From contig CAWJNS010000005.1 in NCBI GenBank assembly GCA_963844275.1, positions 103,225 to 167,224 on the forward strand: 64,000 nucleotides of DNA, given 5' to 3'. The notes beneath the pieces were generated by a model. That model was not told where the DNA came from and did not search any database. It saw only the letters and a list, made by a program, of their open reading frames with translations. Below, piece by piece: positions 1 through 9,260 of this stretch (within the stretch, counting starts at the first letter, position 1; each line of letters begins with the position of its first letter). This stretch comes from an uncultured Verrucomicrobiae bacterium. Lineage in GTDB: Bacteria; Verrucomicrobiota; Verrucomicrobiia; Chthoniobacterales; UBA10450. A program made the translations under genes and the position numbers.

Positions 1-217
1 CGCGAAAGTGAAACAGCTGGCGGCCGTGGCCGATGACCTCGGGACCACGCTGCCGCGTCTCGCGCTCGCGTGGTGTTTGAAAAACGCCAACGTCAGCACC
101 GTCATCACCGGCGCGTCGAAGCCGGCGCAGGTGCGGGAGAATATGCAGGCAGGTGAGCTCGTGGATCAGCTGACGGATGAAGTGATGCAGCGGATCAGCG
201 GCATTCTCGATGGCTAA
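1..217 (+). CDS. aldo/keto reductase, C-terminal fragment (5' end upstream of window)
   Basis: ORF 8..217 stays open to the window edge. It carries the LALAWCL...VITGASKPAQVREN block typical of AKR/Kv-beta-like C-termini. Confidence 0.7.
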   Translation, partial: AKVKQLAAVADDLGTTLPRLALAWCLKNANVSTVITGASKPAQVRENMQAGELVDQLTDEVMQRISGILDG

Positions 218-1081
218 TCGCCGGTTCCCGCCCAGCTGCTAAGAAACGCGTCGATCAGCTCCGGCAGTTCATCGCTGTAGCCGCCCTCGAGGATGGCACC
301 GGCAGGCGCGCCGCAATCGCGTAGCCATTCGCCAAGGGTCGCGAAATCCTCCTGCTCCAGTGTCATCTCCATGATCGGGTCGCCTTGGTAGGCATCGAAG
401 CCGGCGGAAACGAGCAGCAGATCGGGATGGAATCCGAGCAAGCCGTCGAGCGCCCTGCGGATCTGTTCCATGTGCGCAGCGCGCGAGGCGCCCGGCGCCA
501 CGGGGTAGTTGCTGATGTTATCGAAGGATCGCGTGCCAGTGCCGGGCCAGCCGGGATATTGATGAATCGATGCGAAGGCGATGCGCGCATTCCCGTGCAC
601 AATCGCTTCCGTACCATTGCCGTGATGTGCATCGAAGTCCCAGATTGCCACCCGCTCCGCGCCTTGTTCGAGCGCGTCGAGCGCCGCGAGCGCGATGTTG
701 CTGAAGTAGCAAAATCCCATCACCTGATCGCGCGTGGCGTGATGTCCGGGCGGTCGCATCAGCGCGAAGCTGGCCTCACCATTTTCCGCGGCCTGCGCCA
801 CCTCCAGCGCCGCACCGGCAGCGCGCACCGCATGATGGTAGATGCCGCCATAGGCTGGGCAATCCGCGTCGAAATCTCCAGTCGGCGCGCGCACCGACTC
901 GAGATGCGCCGCTCGTGTGCGCTCGGAGCAGGGTCGCCTCTTCCGCTGGCGCCGGCGCCCGCCATTCCCACTCCGGGTGACGCTCCTTCAGCAACGGGAC
1001 GGTGCGCGTGATGCGCGCGGGCCGTTCCACATGGCCAGCGCGCCCGTACTCGGCGCAGTGCGGATCGTGGAAAATGATCAT
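214..1081 (-). pseudogene. histone deacetylase/acetoin-utilization (AcuC-like) family protein, one frame change
   Basis: The N-terminus lies in ORF 776..1081 (MIIFHDPHCAEYG...LLRAHT). The catalytic part lies in ORF 214..894 (MRPPGHHA, DFDAHHGNGT). The two frames join near 885-900. Confidence 0.85.
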
Positions 1082-1205
1082 GGCGGTGCTGAACGGTCTG
1101 CGCTGCGGTCCGCGCTTGCAATCGCGCGCTGCGCCCGGCGAGTGGAGCGGCGGCTATTTGAGTTGCGCGAAGCCGGCACGAGCAGAGCCATTCCGCCATC
1201 GAACG

Positions 1206-1532
1206 ATGGTTGATGCTCTCAGCAATTCGGTCTGGAACGCCAGCCGGAAAAGGCGTCTAATGGGTTATATGAAAAGGACACCCGAGGAAGTCGCAGATAC
1301 CATCGAGGCTCTTGTGAACGGCACTGGCAATCAATGGGCGTGGGACGATTTCACTTCGATCCGTCTGGATAATCCCGAGTTGGAGTCGATTCGACAGCAG
1401 GTTGTCTCGATCCCGACGGAGTTTCCGCCTTCGAACCTGCGGGACTATTGCAACGAGGCCGGCATGGACAAGATGCGGCAGATCGTGCGCGATCTCAGGG
1501 CACGCGCCGGTGGTGCGGCGCGGGCGGTTTAA
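1206..1532 (+). CDS. hypothetical small protein (orphan); start may be 1260
   Basis: This is the 3' part of ORF 1002..1532. Codon usage looks coding only downstream of ~1206. I recognise no family. Local GC is ~50-55% by hand count over 1261-1380. Confidence 0.4.
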   Translation: MVDALSNSVWNASRKRRLMGYMKRTPEEVADTIEALVNGTGNQWAWDDFTSIRLDNPELESIRQQVVSIPTEFPPSNLRDYCNEAGMDKMRQIVRDLRARAGGAARAV

Positions 1533-1544
1533 TCTGACGCGGCC

Positions 1545-3785
1545 TTACGGCTTCGGATTCTCCGGCGGAATGTCTCCCTTTGCGGCGGCGGGTGGTGTCT
1601 CTTTTAAACCGCGGCGTTCGAGGAGCGGGGCAACATCGGGGTCGCCGCCGGTGAAGTTCTTGAATTGCTGAAGCGGATCTTCACTCCCGCCGCGGGAAAG
1701 CAGCGTGCTGCGGAAACGATCGCCGTTCTCGCGCGTGAGGCCGCCATTCTCCTTGAACCACTTCACCGTGTCCGCATCGAGGACCTCGCTCCAGATATAG
1801 GAGTAATAGCCGGCCGAGTATCCGCCCGCGAAAGCGTGCGAGAAATACGAGCTGCGATACCGCGGCGGGACGGGCGGGAAATCGACGCCGGCGCTTTTAA
1901 GCGCCTGCGCTTCAAAGCCGAGCACATCCTTGGAGACCTGATCCGGCTTGAGTTGATGCCACGCCTGATCGAGCAAGGTGGCGGCGAGATATTCGATGGT
2001 CTTAAAACCCTGGTCGAACTTCTGCGAGTCGAGCATCTTCTGCAGCAGCTCGGGCGGCATCGGCGCACCCGTCTGGTAATGCATGGCGTAGTTCTTCAGC
2101 ACGGACGGCCAGACGGCCCACATCTCGTTTACCTGGGACGGAAATTCGACAAAGTCGCGCGGCACATTGGTCCCGGCGACGCGCGGGTATTTTACATTCG
2201 AGAACATGCCGTGAAGCGCATGGCCAAACTCATGAAACGCAGTCGTGACTTCATCGAAAGTCAGGAGTGTCGGCTCGCCCGCGGGCGGCTTCGGGATATT
2301 GAGATGATTCCCCACCACGGGCTTGAGCTTGAAGAGATCGCTCTGCGAGACGTATTCGTTCATCCACGCGCCGCCGCGTTTTGACGGGCGCGCGTAGTAA
2401 TCGAGGAGGAAAAGGGCGAGCGGCTGGCCACCGTGATCGAAGACTTCGAAGACGCGGACGTCTTCCTGGTAGACGGGGAGGTCTTTGCGTTCCTTGAACG
2501 TGAGGCCGTAGAGCTGGCCGGCGGCGAAGAAGACACCGTCGTTGATCACCCGGTTCATTTCGAAGTAGGGACGCAGCTCTGATTCGTCGAGCTGGTAGCG
2601 ATCCTTCTTCACCTTCTCGGAGTAAAAGGCCCAGTCCCAGGGTTCGACGGTGAAATCGCCGCCTTCCTTCTTGATCATCGCGTCCAGGTCAGCGGCTTCG
2701 CGTTTCGCATTTGCAACGGCGGGGGGCGCCAGCTCGCTGAGCAGTTTGTTGACCGTGCCGACGTTCTTGGCCGTCTGGTCATCGAGCTGATAGGCGGCGT
2801 GGTTTTCAAAGCCGAGCAGCTGCGCGCGTTCGGCCCGGATCCGGGCGATCCGGCTGACGCTCTCGCGCGTGTCGAACGAGCCGCCGTGGCTGTTGCGGGC
2901 GAGGGAAGCTTTTGTGATCCGCTCGCGCAAGGCGCGGTTCTGCAATGACGCGACGGCTGGCTGGCCGCTCGTGTTTTGCAACGCAATCAGAAACTTGCCT
3001 TTCTTTTTGTCTTCCTCGGCCGCTTTCGCGGCGGCGGCGATTGCGTTGTCCGCCATCCCGGCCAGGTCCTCGCGTTTGTCGACCACGATGGCGGCGGCGT
3101 TCTTTTCTTTCAGCACGTTCTGCGAGAATTTCGTCTCCAAACTCGCGAGCTCCGCGTTCATCGCCTTTAGCTTCTTCTTGTCGGGCTCGGAAAGTTTGGC
3201 GCCGGCGCGGACGAAATCCTTGTAGTAACGCTCGAGCAGATACTTCGACTCGGCGTCGGTCAGCTCGTTGCGTTTGTCGTAGATTGCCTGCACGCGGGCG
3301 AAGAGTTTTCCGTTCAGGAAAATCGCGTCCTGATGCGCGGCGAGTTTCGGCGCGATGTTGGTCTCGACCTCCTGGATCTCCGGATTGGTGTGAGCGCCAG
3401 AGAGGTTGCTGAAGACGTTGCTGACGCGCGTCAGCGGGACGCCAGATCGTTCCATCGGGAGAATGGTGTTGTCGAACGTCGGTGCTTCCGTGCTGTTCGC
3501 GATCGCTTCGATTTCCTTCAGATGTTCCGCGAGTGCGACGGTGAAGGCCGGTGCGTAATGCTCGTTCTTGATCTTGTCGAAGGGCGGCATCTGATACGGC
3601 AGCGTGCTTTCCACGAGCAACGGGTTCCCGGCTGAGGTTGCGTTCTTTTCGTTGCCGGCGGCGGATTTCTTCTGGGCATGCATGGAGGTGGCGAGAAGGA
3701 TCGCGCCGCAGGCGACGGTCACGGCGCGGAGGCGCGAGGAATGACGAAAGAAGCGGCCGGGCAGGTGAAGTCGGAACGTAGGCAT
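1545..3785 (-). CDS. dcp: peptidyl-dipeptidase Dcp / M3 family zinc metallopeptidase
   Basis: Single 774-aa ORF with the HEFGHALHG zinc motif and M3 family similarity throughout. A signal-like N-terminus begins at the internal ATG MPTFRLHLPG (3785). Confidence 0.9.
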   Translation of the reverse strand: MPTFRLHLPGRFFRHSSRLRAVTVACGAILLATSMHAQKKSAAGNEKNATSAGNPLLVESTLPYQMPPFDKIKNEHYAPAFTVALAEHLKEIEAIANSTEAPTFDNTILPMERSGVPLTRVSNVFSNLSGAHTNPEIQEVETNIAPKLAAHQDAIFLNGKLFARVQAIYDKRNELTDAESKYLLERYYKDFVRAGAKLSEPDKKKLKAMNAELASLETKFSQNVLKEKNAAAIVVDKREDLAGMADNAIAAAAKAAEEDKKKGKFLIALQNTSGQPAVASLQNRALRERITKASLARNSHGGSFDTRESVSRIARIRAERAQLLGFENHAAYQLDDQTAKNVGTVNKLLSELAPPAVANAKREAADLDAMIKKEGGDFTVEPWDWAFYSEKVKKDRYQLDESELRPYFEMNRVINDGVFFAAGQLYGLTFKERKDLPVYQEDVRVFEVFDHGGQPLALFLLDYYARPSKRGGAWMNEYVSQSDLFKLKPVVGNHLNIPKPPAGEPTLLTFDEVTTAFHEFGHALHGMFSNVKYPRVAGTNVPRDFVEFPSQVNEMWAVWPSVLKNYAMHYQTGAPMPPELLQKMLDSQKFDQGFKTIEYLAATLLDQAWHQLKPDQVSKDVLGFEAQALKSAGVDFPPVPPRYRSSYFSHAFAGGYSAGYYSYIWSEVLDADTVKWFKENGGLTRENGDRFRSTLLSRGGSEDPLQQFKNFTGGDPDVAPLLERRGLKETPPAAAKGDIPPENPKP

Positions 3786-3880
3786 GATGGTGATGGTTGA
3801 ATTGACGCAGCGACGCCTTGCGCGGTCCGCGCGGGTCACAACCCTCGACAGGAGGCGACGTACTGACAAGGGCGGGCCCG

Positions 3881-3907
3881 CAAAAATAATGGCGCGGCTG
3901 CGGCGCC
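3881..3907 (-). terminator. possible rho-independent terminator downstream of the TonB-dependent receptor
   Basis: On the minus strand, GGCGC-CGCAGCC-GCGCC (5-bp GC stem) is followed by ATTATTTTTG. The stem is short, so this call is weak. Confidence 0.3.
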
Positions 3908-3930
3908 CTGTAATCCGCTCGCCCCTGCGG

Positions 3931-6220
3931 TCAGAACGTCAGCGCGAGACCGGCGTAGCCGTTGATTCGCGGCGCCGGTTCAATGCCGTTGCCGAACACC
4001 CGGTTATAGTACTTTTTCGTCCCCCAAATTCGTGATCCCGGCGAGGATCCGCACGTTCTTGGTGATATCGTATTGTCCGGTCAGATTCACAACGACATAC
4101 GACGGCACTTTCGCTGGAATCAGGTCGTTGGCGGACGGGAGATTGGAGTCCTGCCAGTACTGCGATGAGACGTAGATACCGGAGAGGCTGATGTTGCAGC
4201 GCCGGTCGACGCGATAGGTGAGTGAGAACTTCGCCAGCACGGCAGGCGCAAAGGCCGGGGTGTTGCCGACAAAACTGCGCCCATTCGCGACCTGCGTGCT
4301 TTTGGTAAACTCCGCATCGAGCAATTGCAGGTTGGCGGCGACGATCAGGTGGCTGCCGGCCAGGGTCGGATTGTCGAACGGGGCGAAGAGATCGTAGGAA
4401 GCTTCACCCTCAAAACCGCGGTGCCGCGAGGAGCCGCTGTTGGCCAGAATGGTGTCGTTATTGACTCCGGGATTCACGAATTGCGTTTCCGTCCGGTTAT
4501 CGAATTCCATCCAGAACAGACCCACGTCGTACCAGAAGCCCTTCAGCGGAGTGCCGTGCACGCCGGCTTCGAAATCGAGGGAGGTAAACGGATCGCTCGG
4601 CTGCCCCGGCACAAAGGTCGCGGAGAAGGGCGAGACGACATCGAAATAGCGGAGCGGCCGCCATCCCGACGAAGCGTTGAAGTAAGTCTCGTTCGCTTTG
4701 CCAAAATCGTTCCCGAAGCCAATGCCCCAGAGCGGGACGGTGCGATTGACCGAAAGATCGGCGAGGGGCCGGCCCGGACGAGGACGGAAAGGTGAGATTA
4801 CCTCACGCACAGCCACCGTCTCGTGATCAAGCCGGAACGACGGCACGATGTGGAATTTTCCGAAGCGAAAGACGTTTTCGATGAAGACCGCTTCGTAATC
4901 GGAGTGCCGTTCCTGATCGAGTCGCGGCACGCCGGAGCGATCGTCACGGTCGACCGAAAGTCCGGCCGGATTCCCGATCGTGAACTGCTCGAAGGGCGCG
5001 TTACTGTGGTAGTAAACGCCGCCCGCGGTCAGGGCGCTGCCACGGCCCCATTTCAGGCGCGTCCGCACATCAGCGCCGAAGTTCTCGAAATCTTCGTTCT
5101 GCAGCTGGGTCGTCGCGGGCGGTTGGCCGGTGACGAGGTTGTTGTTACCCGCCGTCCGGCTGTCGAGCTCCAGGGTCGTGTAGTAGAGCTTCGTCTGGAG
5201 GAGCAGGTTCTCCGTCAACTCGCCGTCATATCCGAGCGAAATGTTGTAGCGGTCGACCCACTCGTGATTGTAAGGCGTGAGTGACTGGGATTCGTCTTGA
5301 TCGAAGAGAGCTTTGCTCGGGAGACGGCCGGGACTGCCGGCGCTCACGGAGTAGCCTTTGAAATCGAGGTAAAGCAGGTGCTTCTCGGCGGGTTGGTAGC
5401 CAACGAAAAGCGAACCGGTGTAAAGATTCGATTCCGAGTTCGTCCGCTGTCCGTCGCTGTGCAGGTAGCCGAAGTCCGCCCGATATGCGAGCGGGCCAGC
5501 GGTTCCTTCAGTGAAGTTGTAGGTCGAGTAGAGCCCGTTTCCGCCGCCGATCTGCTCGGTCGAAATCGTGAAGGGCGATCCCGGAACCGGCCGGCGGCTC
5601 ACATAGTTAATCGCCGGGGCAGGCTCCGGGCCATAGAGCAGGCTACTGCCGCCACGGATCACCTGGATTTCCGAGATGCTTTGCGGGAGTGGGAGGTAGT
5701 AAAGGGTGGGGAACCCGATCCAGTCGCTCATCAGCGGCACGCGGTCCTGCAGGACCGTGACGTATTCGGATTCCTGCGGATTGCCGAGGCCGCGGTAGCT
5801 GATGTTGAACTGGCTCGGCGTGTTTTGCTCGCTGATGAACACGCCCGGCGCGCGATTGAAAACGTCCTGCTGGTTGTTGTTAATGATCTGTGGCTGGAGG
5901 TCGAGTTTGATCGCGGTCGCCTTCTTCGTCACCGTGATCTCCGCGCCTGAGACTTCGCGCATGATGTGATCGAGCTTTGGCCGGAAATCATCGTGCGGGT
6001 GCGGAGTGGCCACTTCAGCGCCGGTGACAACGATGCGCGGAGCTTCGGAGGTGACCGCTTCCGTCGGGGCGTCATCGCCCCGTCGCGGGGAAAGGGAGCG
6101 TCTACTGGCAGGCTGTTGGGCGCGCGCGGGGGCGGCGCAGACGAGCAGAGTGGCGGTGAGAATCAGGGTGGCGCCGGCGGAGGTGAGGTTGGCGAAAAGG
6201 TTGCGGGAGATCTGTGGCAT
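3931..6220 (-). pseudogene. TonB-dependent outer-membrane receptor, frame change 80 nt before the true stop
   Basis: ORF 4004..6304 has a signal peptide from MPQISRNLF (6220), plug motifs (VLQDRVPL, IRGGSSLLYGPEP) and a beta-barrel. The canonical C-terminus YYNRVFGNGIEPAPRINGYAGLALTF* is in the adjacent frame (stop 3931-3933). The frames meet at the T5 run 4013-4017. Confidence 0.9.
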
Positions 6221-6229
6221 GCGGGGCGA

Positions 6230-6245
6230 ATTACAAAATTGTAAT
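6230..6245. promoter_or_regulatory. perfect 16-bp AT-rich palindrome ATTACAAAATTGTAAT, candidate operator in the divergent TBDR/GT2 intergenic region
   Basis: The half-sites ATTACAA/TTGTAAT are exact reverse complements. The site lies 10 nt upstream of the TBDR start codon and is strongly AT-rich in a GC-rich genome. Confidence 0.5.
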
Positions 6246-6330
6246 CTAACGCGCAATCTTTTTCTGGCAGGAACAAAACAACCTTGCTCCGCGGGCCGGT
6301 GCAATCGCCTCCGTCAGTGCGCGCTTGTGA

Positions 6331-7113
6331 TTGACGACGGCACCCTCTTCGCCGCGATTATGCGGCGTGCTGCGAAATTCCAAAATCGTGGTCGTGATGC
6401 CGGCGTATAACGCCGCCCGCACGTTGCGCCGTACCTATGACGAAGTCATGGCGCAAGGCGTCGTCGATCACGTTATCATCGTCGACGACGCGAGTAGCGA
6501 CGAGACGGAGCAGATCGCGCGGGGATTGCCGGGCGCGCAGGTGGACGTGCTCCCGCAGAATCGCGGCTATGGCGGCAACCAGAAGAGATGTTACCGCCTC
6601 GCGCTGGCGGCGGGCGCGGACATCGTCATCATGATCCATCCGGATTATCAATACACTCCACTTCTGATCCCTGCGCTTGCCGGACTGGTGGCGAGCGGAC
6701 TGTATCCCTGCGTGCTCGGCTCGCGCATTCTCGGCGGAAGCGCACTCCACGGCGGAATGCCGTGGTGGAAATACATCTCAAACCGCGTTCTCACCCTGCT
6801 CGAGAATCTTCTCCTCGGCGCGAAGCTGTCGGAATATCACACCGGTTACCGGGCTTTCTCGCGGGCCTTGCTCGAACAGCTTCCGCTCGAGCAAAACTCC
6901 GACGATTTTGTTTTCGACAACCAGATTCTCGCACAGGTGATCTGGCTCCGGCATCCCATCGGCGAGGTAACCTGTCCCGCAAAATATCTCGCCGATTCCT
7001 CGTCGATAAATTTCCGACGCAGCGTCCGCTATGGGCTCGGCTGCCTGGCCGTCGCTGCCCGCTTCCGGCTGGCGCGCTGGGGCCTGGCGGCGTCACCGGT
7101 GCCGCGAAACTAG
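6331..7113 (+). CDS. family 2 glycosyltransferase
   Basis: Contains VVMPAYNAARTL...VIIVDDASSDETEQIA and a later DxD-like region, which matches the GT2 fold signature. The exact start is uncertain (TTG 6331 or GTG 6367). Confidence 0.8.
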   Translation: MTTAPSSPRLCGVLRNSKIVVVMPAYNAARTLRRTYDEVMAQGVVDHVIIVDDASSDETEQIARGLPGAQVDVLPQNRGYGGNQKRCYRLALAAGADIVIMIHPDYQYTPLLIPALAGLVASGLYPCVLGSRILGGSALHGGMPWWKYISNRVLTLLENLLLGAKLSEYHTGYRAFSRALLEQLPLEQNSDDFVFDNQILAQVIWLRHPIGEVTCPAKYLADSSSINFRRSVRYGLGCLAVAARFRLARWGLAASPVPRN

Positions 7114-7124
7114 CGCGGGTTTCT

Positions 7125-8546
7125 TCAGGATGCGCTGATTATCGACGGGCGAGGGGCCGGCGACGGGAACATCAGGGTCACGGCGGTTCCGCGGCCTCCA
7201 TGACTCTCCACTTCCGCCGTGCCGCCGTGCAGATCCATGATCGACTTTACAAGCGCGAGTCCGAGCCCGGTGCCCTGCGAACTGCGCGAGGAATCGCCCC
7301 GGTAAAAACGATCGAACACGCGCGGCAAATGATCGGCCGGAATGCCCGGTCCGTTGTCGCGTACGGTCACACGCGTGCCGCGGTCGGTTGCCGAGACGGC
7401 GACGGAGATCGTGCCACCGTCGGGCGTGAAGCGCAGGGCGTTGTCAAGAAGGTTGCTGAGGGCGCGGCCGAACAGCATCTCATCTGCGTGCACCTGCCCC
7501 GCACCTTCGCAATGAATCTTCACGTGCCGCTCCTCCGCGAGCGTCTTGTAATATTCCGCCAGCTTCTCCAGCGCCGCCCGACCGTCGAAGGGCACCGGCT
7601 TGACCGGTTCCCGCGCCGACTCCGCGCGCGCCAGAAACAAGAGGCTGTCGATGATCGCGGAAAGTCGTTCACATTCGTCAACGCTTGATTCGATCACTTC
7701 GCGGTATTCCTCCGGGGCGCGTAAGCGCGTCAGCGCCACTTCTGACTCACCGCGCAGATTCGCGATCGGTGTGCGCAATTCATGCGCCAGATCAGCCGAG
7801 AACTGCGACAGCCGCGTAAACGAATCCTCCAGCCGGTCGAGCATTTCATCGAAGGCGATCGCCAGCGGTTGCAGCTCCCGCGGCCAGCCCGCGGGCGCGA
7901 CACGCTCGTTCAAGTGTGTCGGCCCGGTTCGGCGCAATGACTGCGTGATCTCGGCCAGCGGCCGCAGGGCGCGCTTGGTCACGCGGATCGCGACCACCGC
8001 CGAAACGATGATGCCAGCAAACAAAACGCCGAGAAAGAGCAGGCCAAATTCCTTCGTGAAATCGCTGTCTGCCGACCGGTCCTGCGCGACCTGCACCGTG
8101 TAGACCTGCCCGTCCGCTTCTTCGGTCGCCGCGACCAGCGCGAAGAGCTTGTCGGCGGAACGGTGATTGCGAACCTCGCGCAGTGGTCCGGTGTGGGCCG
8201 TGGGGGCGGGAAAAATCTCGCGCGGGAGCAAGGTCCCCATGCCCGGCGACTCCGCCACGGTGACACCCGCAGCATCAAACACGCGGATCCAGTAGGTTAC
8301 GCGTTCGCCGCTGCGCATCAGGCGCAGCTCGCCGCCCAGAAGTTGTGCGCCCCGGGTATTGTCGAGCTCGGCGCGCACGGCCGCGAGTTTGTCCGCCAGC
8401 ACGGCATTGTCTTCCGCAAACGCGTGCCGGATGACCATCCAGTACAGAATGCCAAGCCCGCAGCAAAGCACGACCGCCGCCGCAAGCGTGAAGAGGATGA
8501 CGAGCTGCGATGCGATCGAGCGCGGATTAGCCGGCTTTGAGAACAT
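7125..8546 (-). CDS. sensor histidine kinase, CusS/heavy-metal-sensor-like
   Basis: Has two TM segments plus a HAMP domain. H-box is HELRTPIANLRGE, N-box LLDNALRFTP, G-boxes DNGPGIP and GTGLGLALV. The likely start MFSKPANP at 8546 overlaps the regulator stop. Confidence 0.85.
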   Translation of the reverse strand: MFSKPANPRSIASQLVILFTLAAAVVLCCGLGILYWMVIRHAFAEDNAVLADKLAAVRAELDNTRGAQLLGGELRLMRSGERVTYWIRVFDAAGVTVAESPGMGTLLPREIFPAPTAHTGPLREVRNHRSADKLFALVAATEEADGQVYTVQVAQDRSADSDFTKEFGLLFLGVLFAGIIVSAVVAIRVTKRALRPLAEITQSLRRTGPTHLNERVAPAGWPRELQPLAIAFDEMLDRLEDSFTRLSQFSADLAHELRTPIANLRGESEVALTRLRAPEEYREVIESSVDECERLSAIIDSLLFLARAESAREPVKPVPFDGRAALEKLAEYYKTLAEERHVKIHCEGAGQVHADEMLFGRALSNLLDNALRFTPDGGTISVAVSATDRGTRVTVRDNGPGIPADHLPRVFDRFYRGDSSRSSQGTGLGLALVKSIMDLHGGTAEVESHGGRGTAVTLMFPSPAPRPSIISAS

Positions 8547-9198
8547 AACCGACCCCGCGAATCGTCTGCACCAGCTTGCGCTCAAACGGATCGTCCACCT
8601 TCGACCGCAACCGCCGCACCACCACGTCGACGACGTTCGTACTCGGCTCGAAAGCCATGTCCCACACCTGCGACACGATCTCTGCGCGCGACACTGCCTC
8701 GCCGCCGGCACGCGCCAGATGCGCGAGGAGCAGAAACTCCTTCGGGGTGAGGTTGAGCGCCACCCCGGCCCGCACCGCGCGGTTGCGGCGCGTGTCGATT
8801 TCCAAATCCTCCACCCGCAGCAACTCCTCGGTCCCCGCCGGGGAGCGCCGCAGCAGCGAACGCACTCGCGCCATTAGCTCGGAAAACGCGAACGGCTTCA
8901 CCAGGTAATCATCCGCGCCCAGCTCCAGACCCTTCACCCGATCGGGCACACTATCGCGCGCAGTCAGAAACAGGATCGGTGTCGTCACCCCCGCTTTGCG
9001 CAACTGCGCCACGACCTGCCAGCCGTCGAGCTTTGGCAGCATCACATCCACGACCAACAGATCGAAGCGGGTCGCGCGTGCCGCCTCGAAGCCACTTTCC
9101 CCATCGTGCGCCACCTCCACGGTGAGGCCCGCTTCCCGGAGCCCTTTTGCCAGAAAGGCTGCCGTCTTCTTTTCGTCTTCCACCACCAGGATGCGCAT
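8527..9198 (-). CDS. OmpR-family response regulator, CusR/CopR-like
   Basis: Receiver domain: MRILVVEDE...DLLVVDVMLPKLDG...DDYLVKPF. A winged-helix C-terminus follows. Confidence 0.9.
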   Translation of the reverse strand: MRILVVEDEKKTAAFLAKGLREAGLTVEVAHDGESGFEAARATRFDLLVVDVMLPKLDGWQVVAQLRKAGVTTPILFLTARDSVPDRVKGLELGADDYLVKPFAFSELMARVRSLLRRSPAGTEELLRVEDLEIDTRRNRAVRAGVALNLTPKEFLLLAHLARAGGEAVSRAEIVSQVWDMAFEPSTNVVDVVVRRLRSKVDDPFERKLVQTIRGVGYVLKAG

Positions 9199-9260
9199 CA
9201 GAGCGCCTTTATAGACGCTGCGCAGGATACCTCAACAACTCCGCGCCAAGCGCCTGCGAT

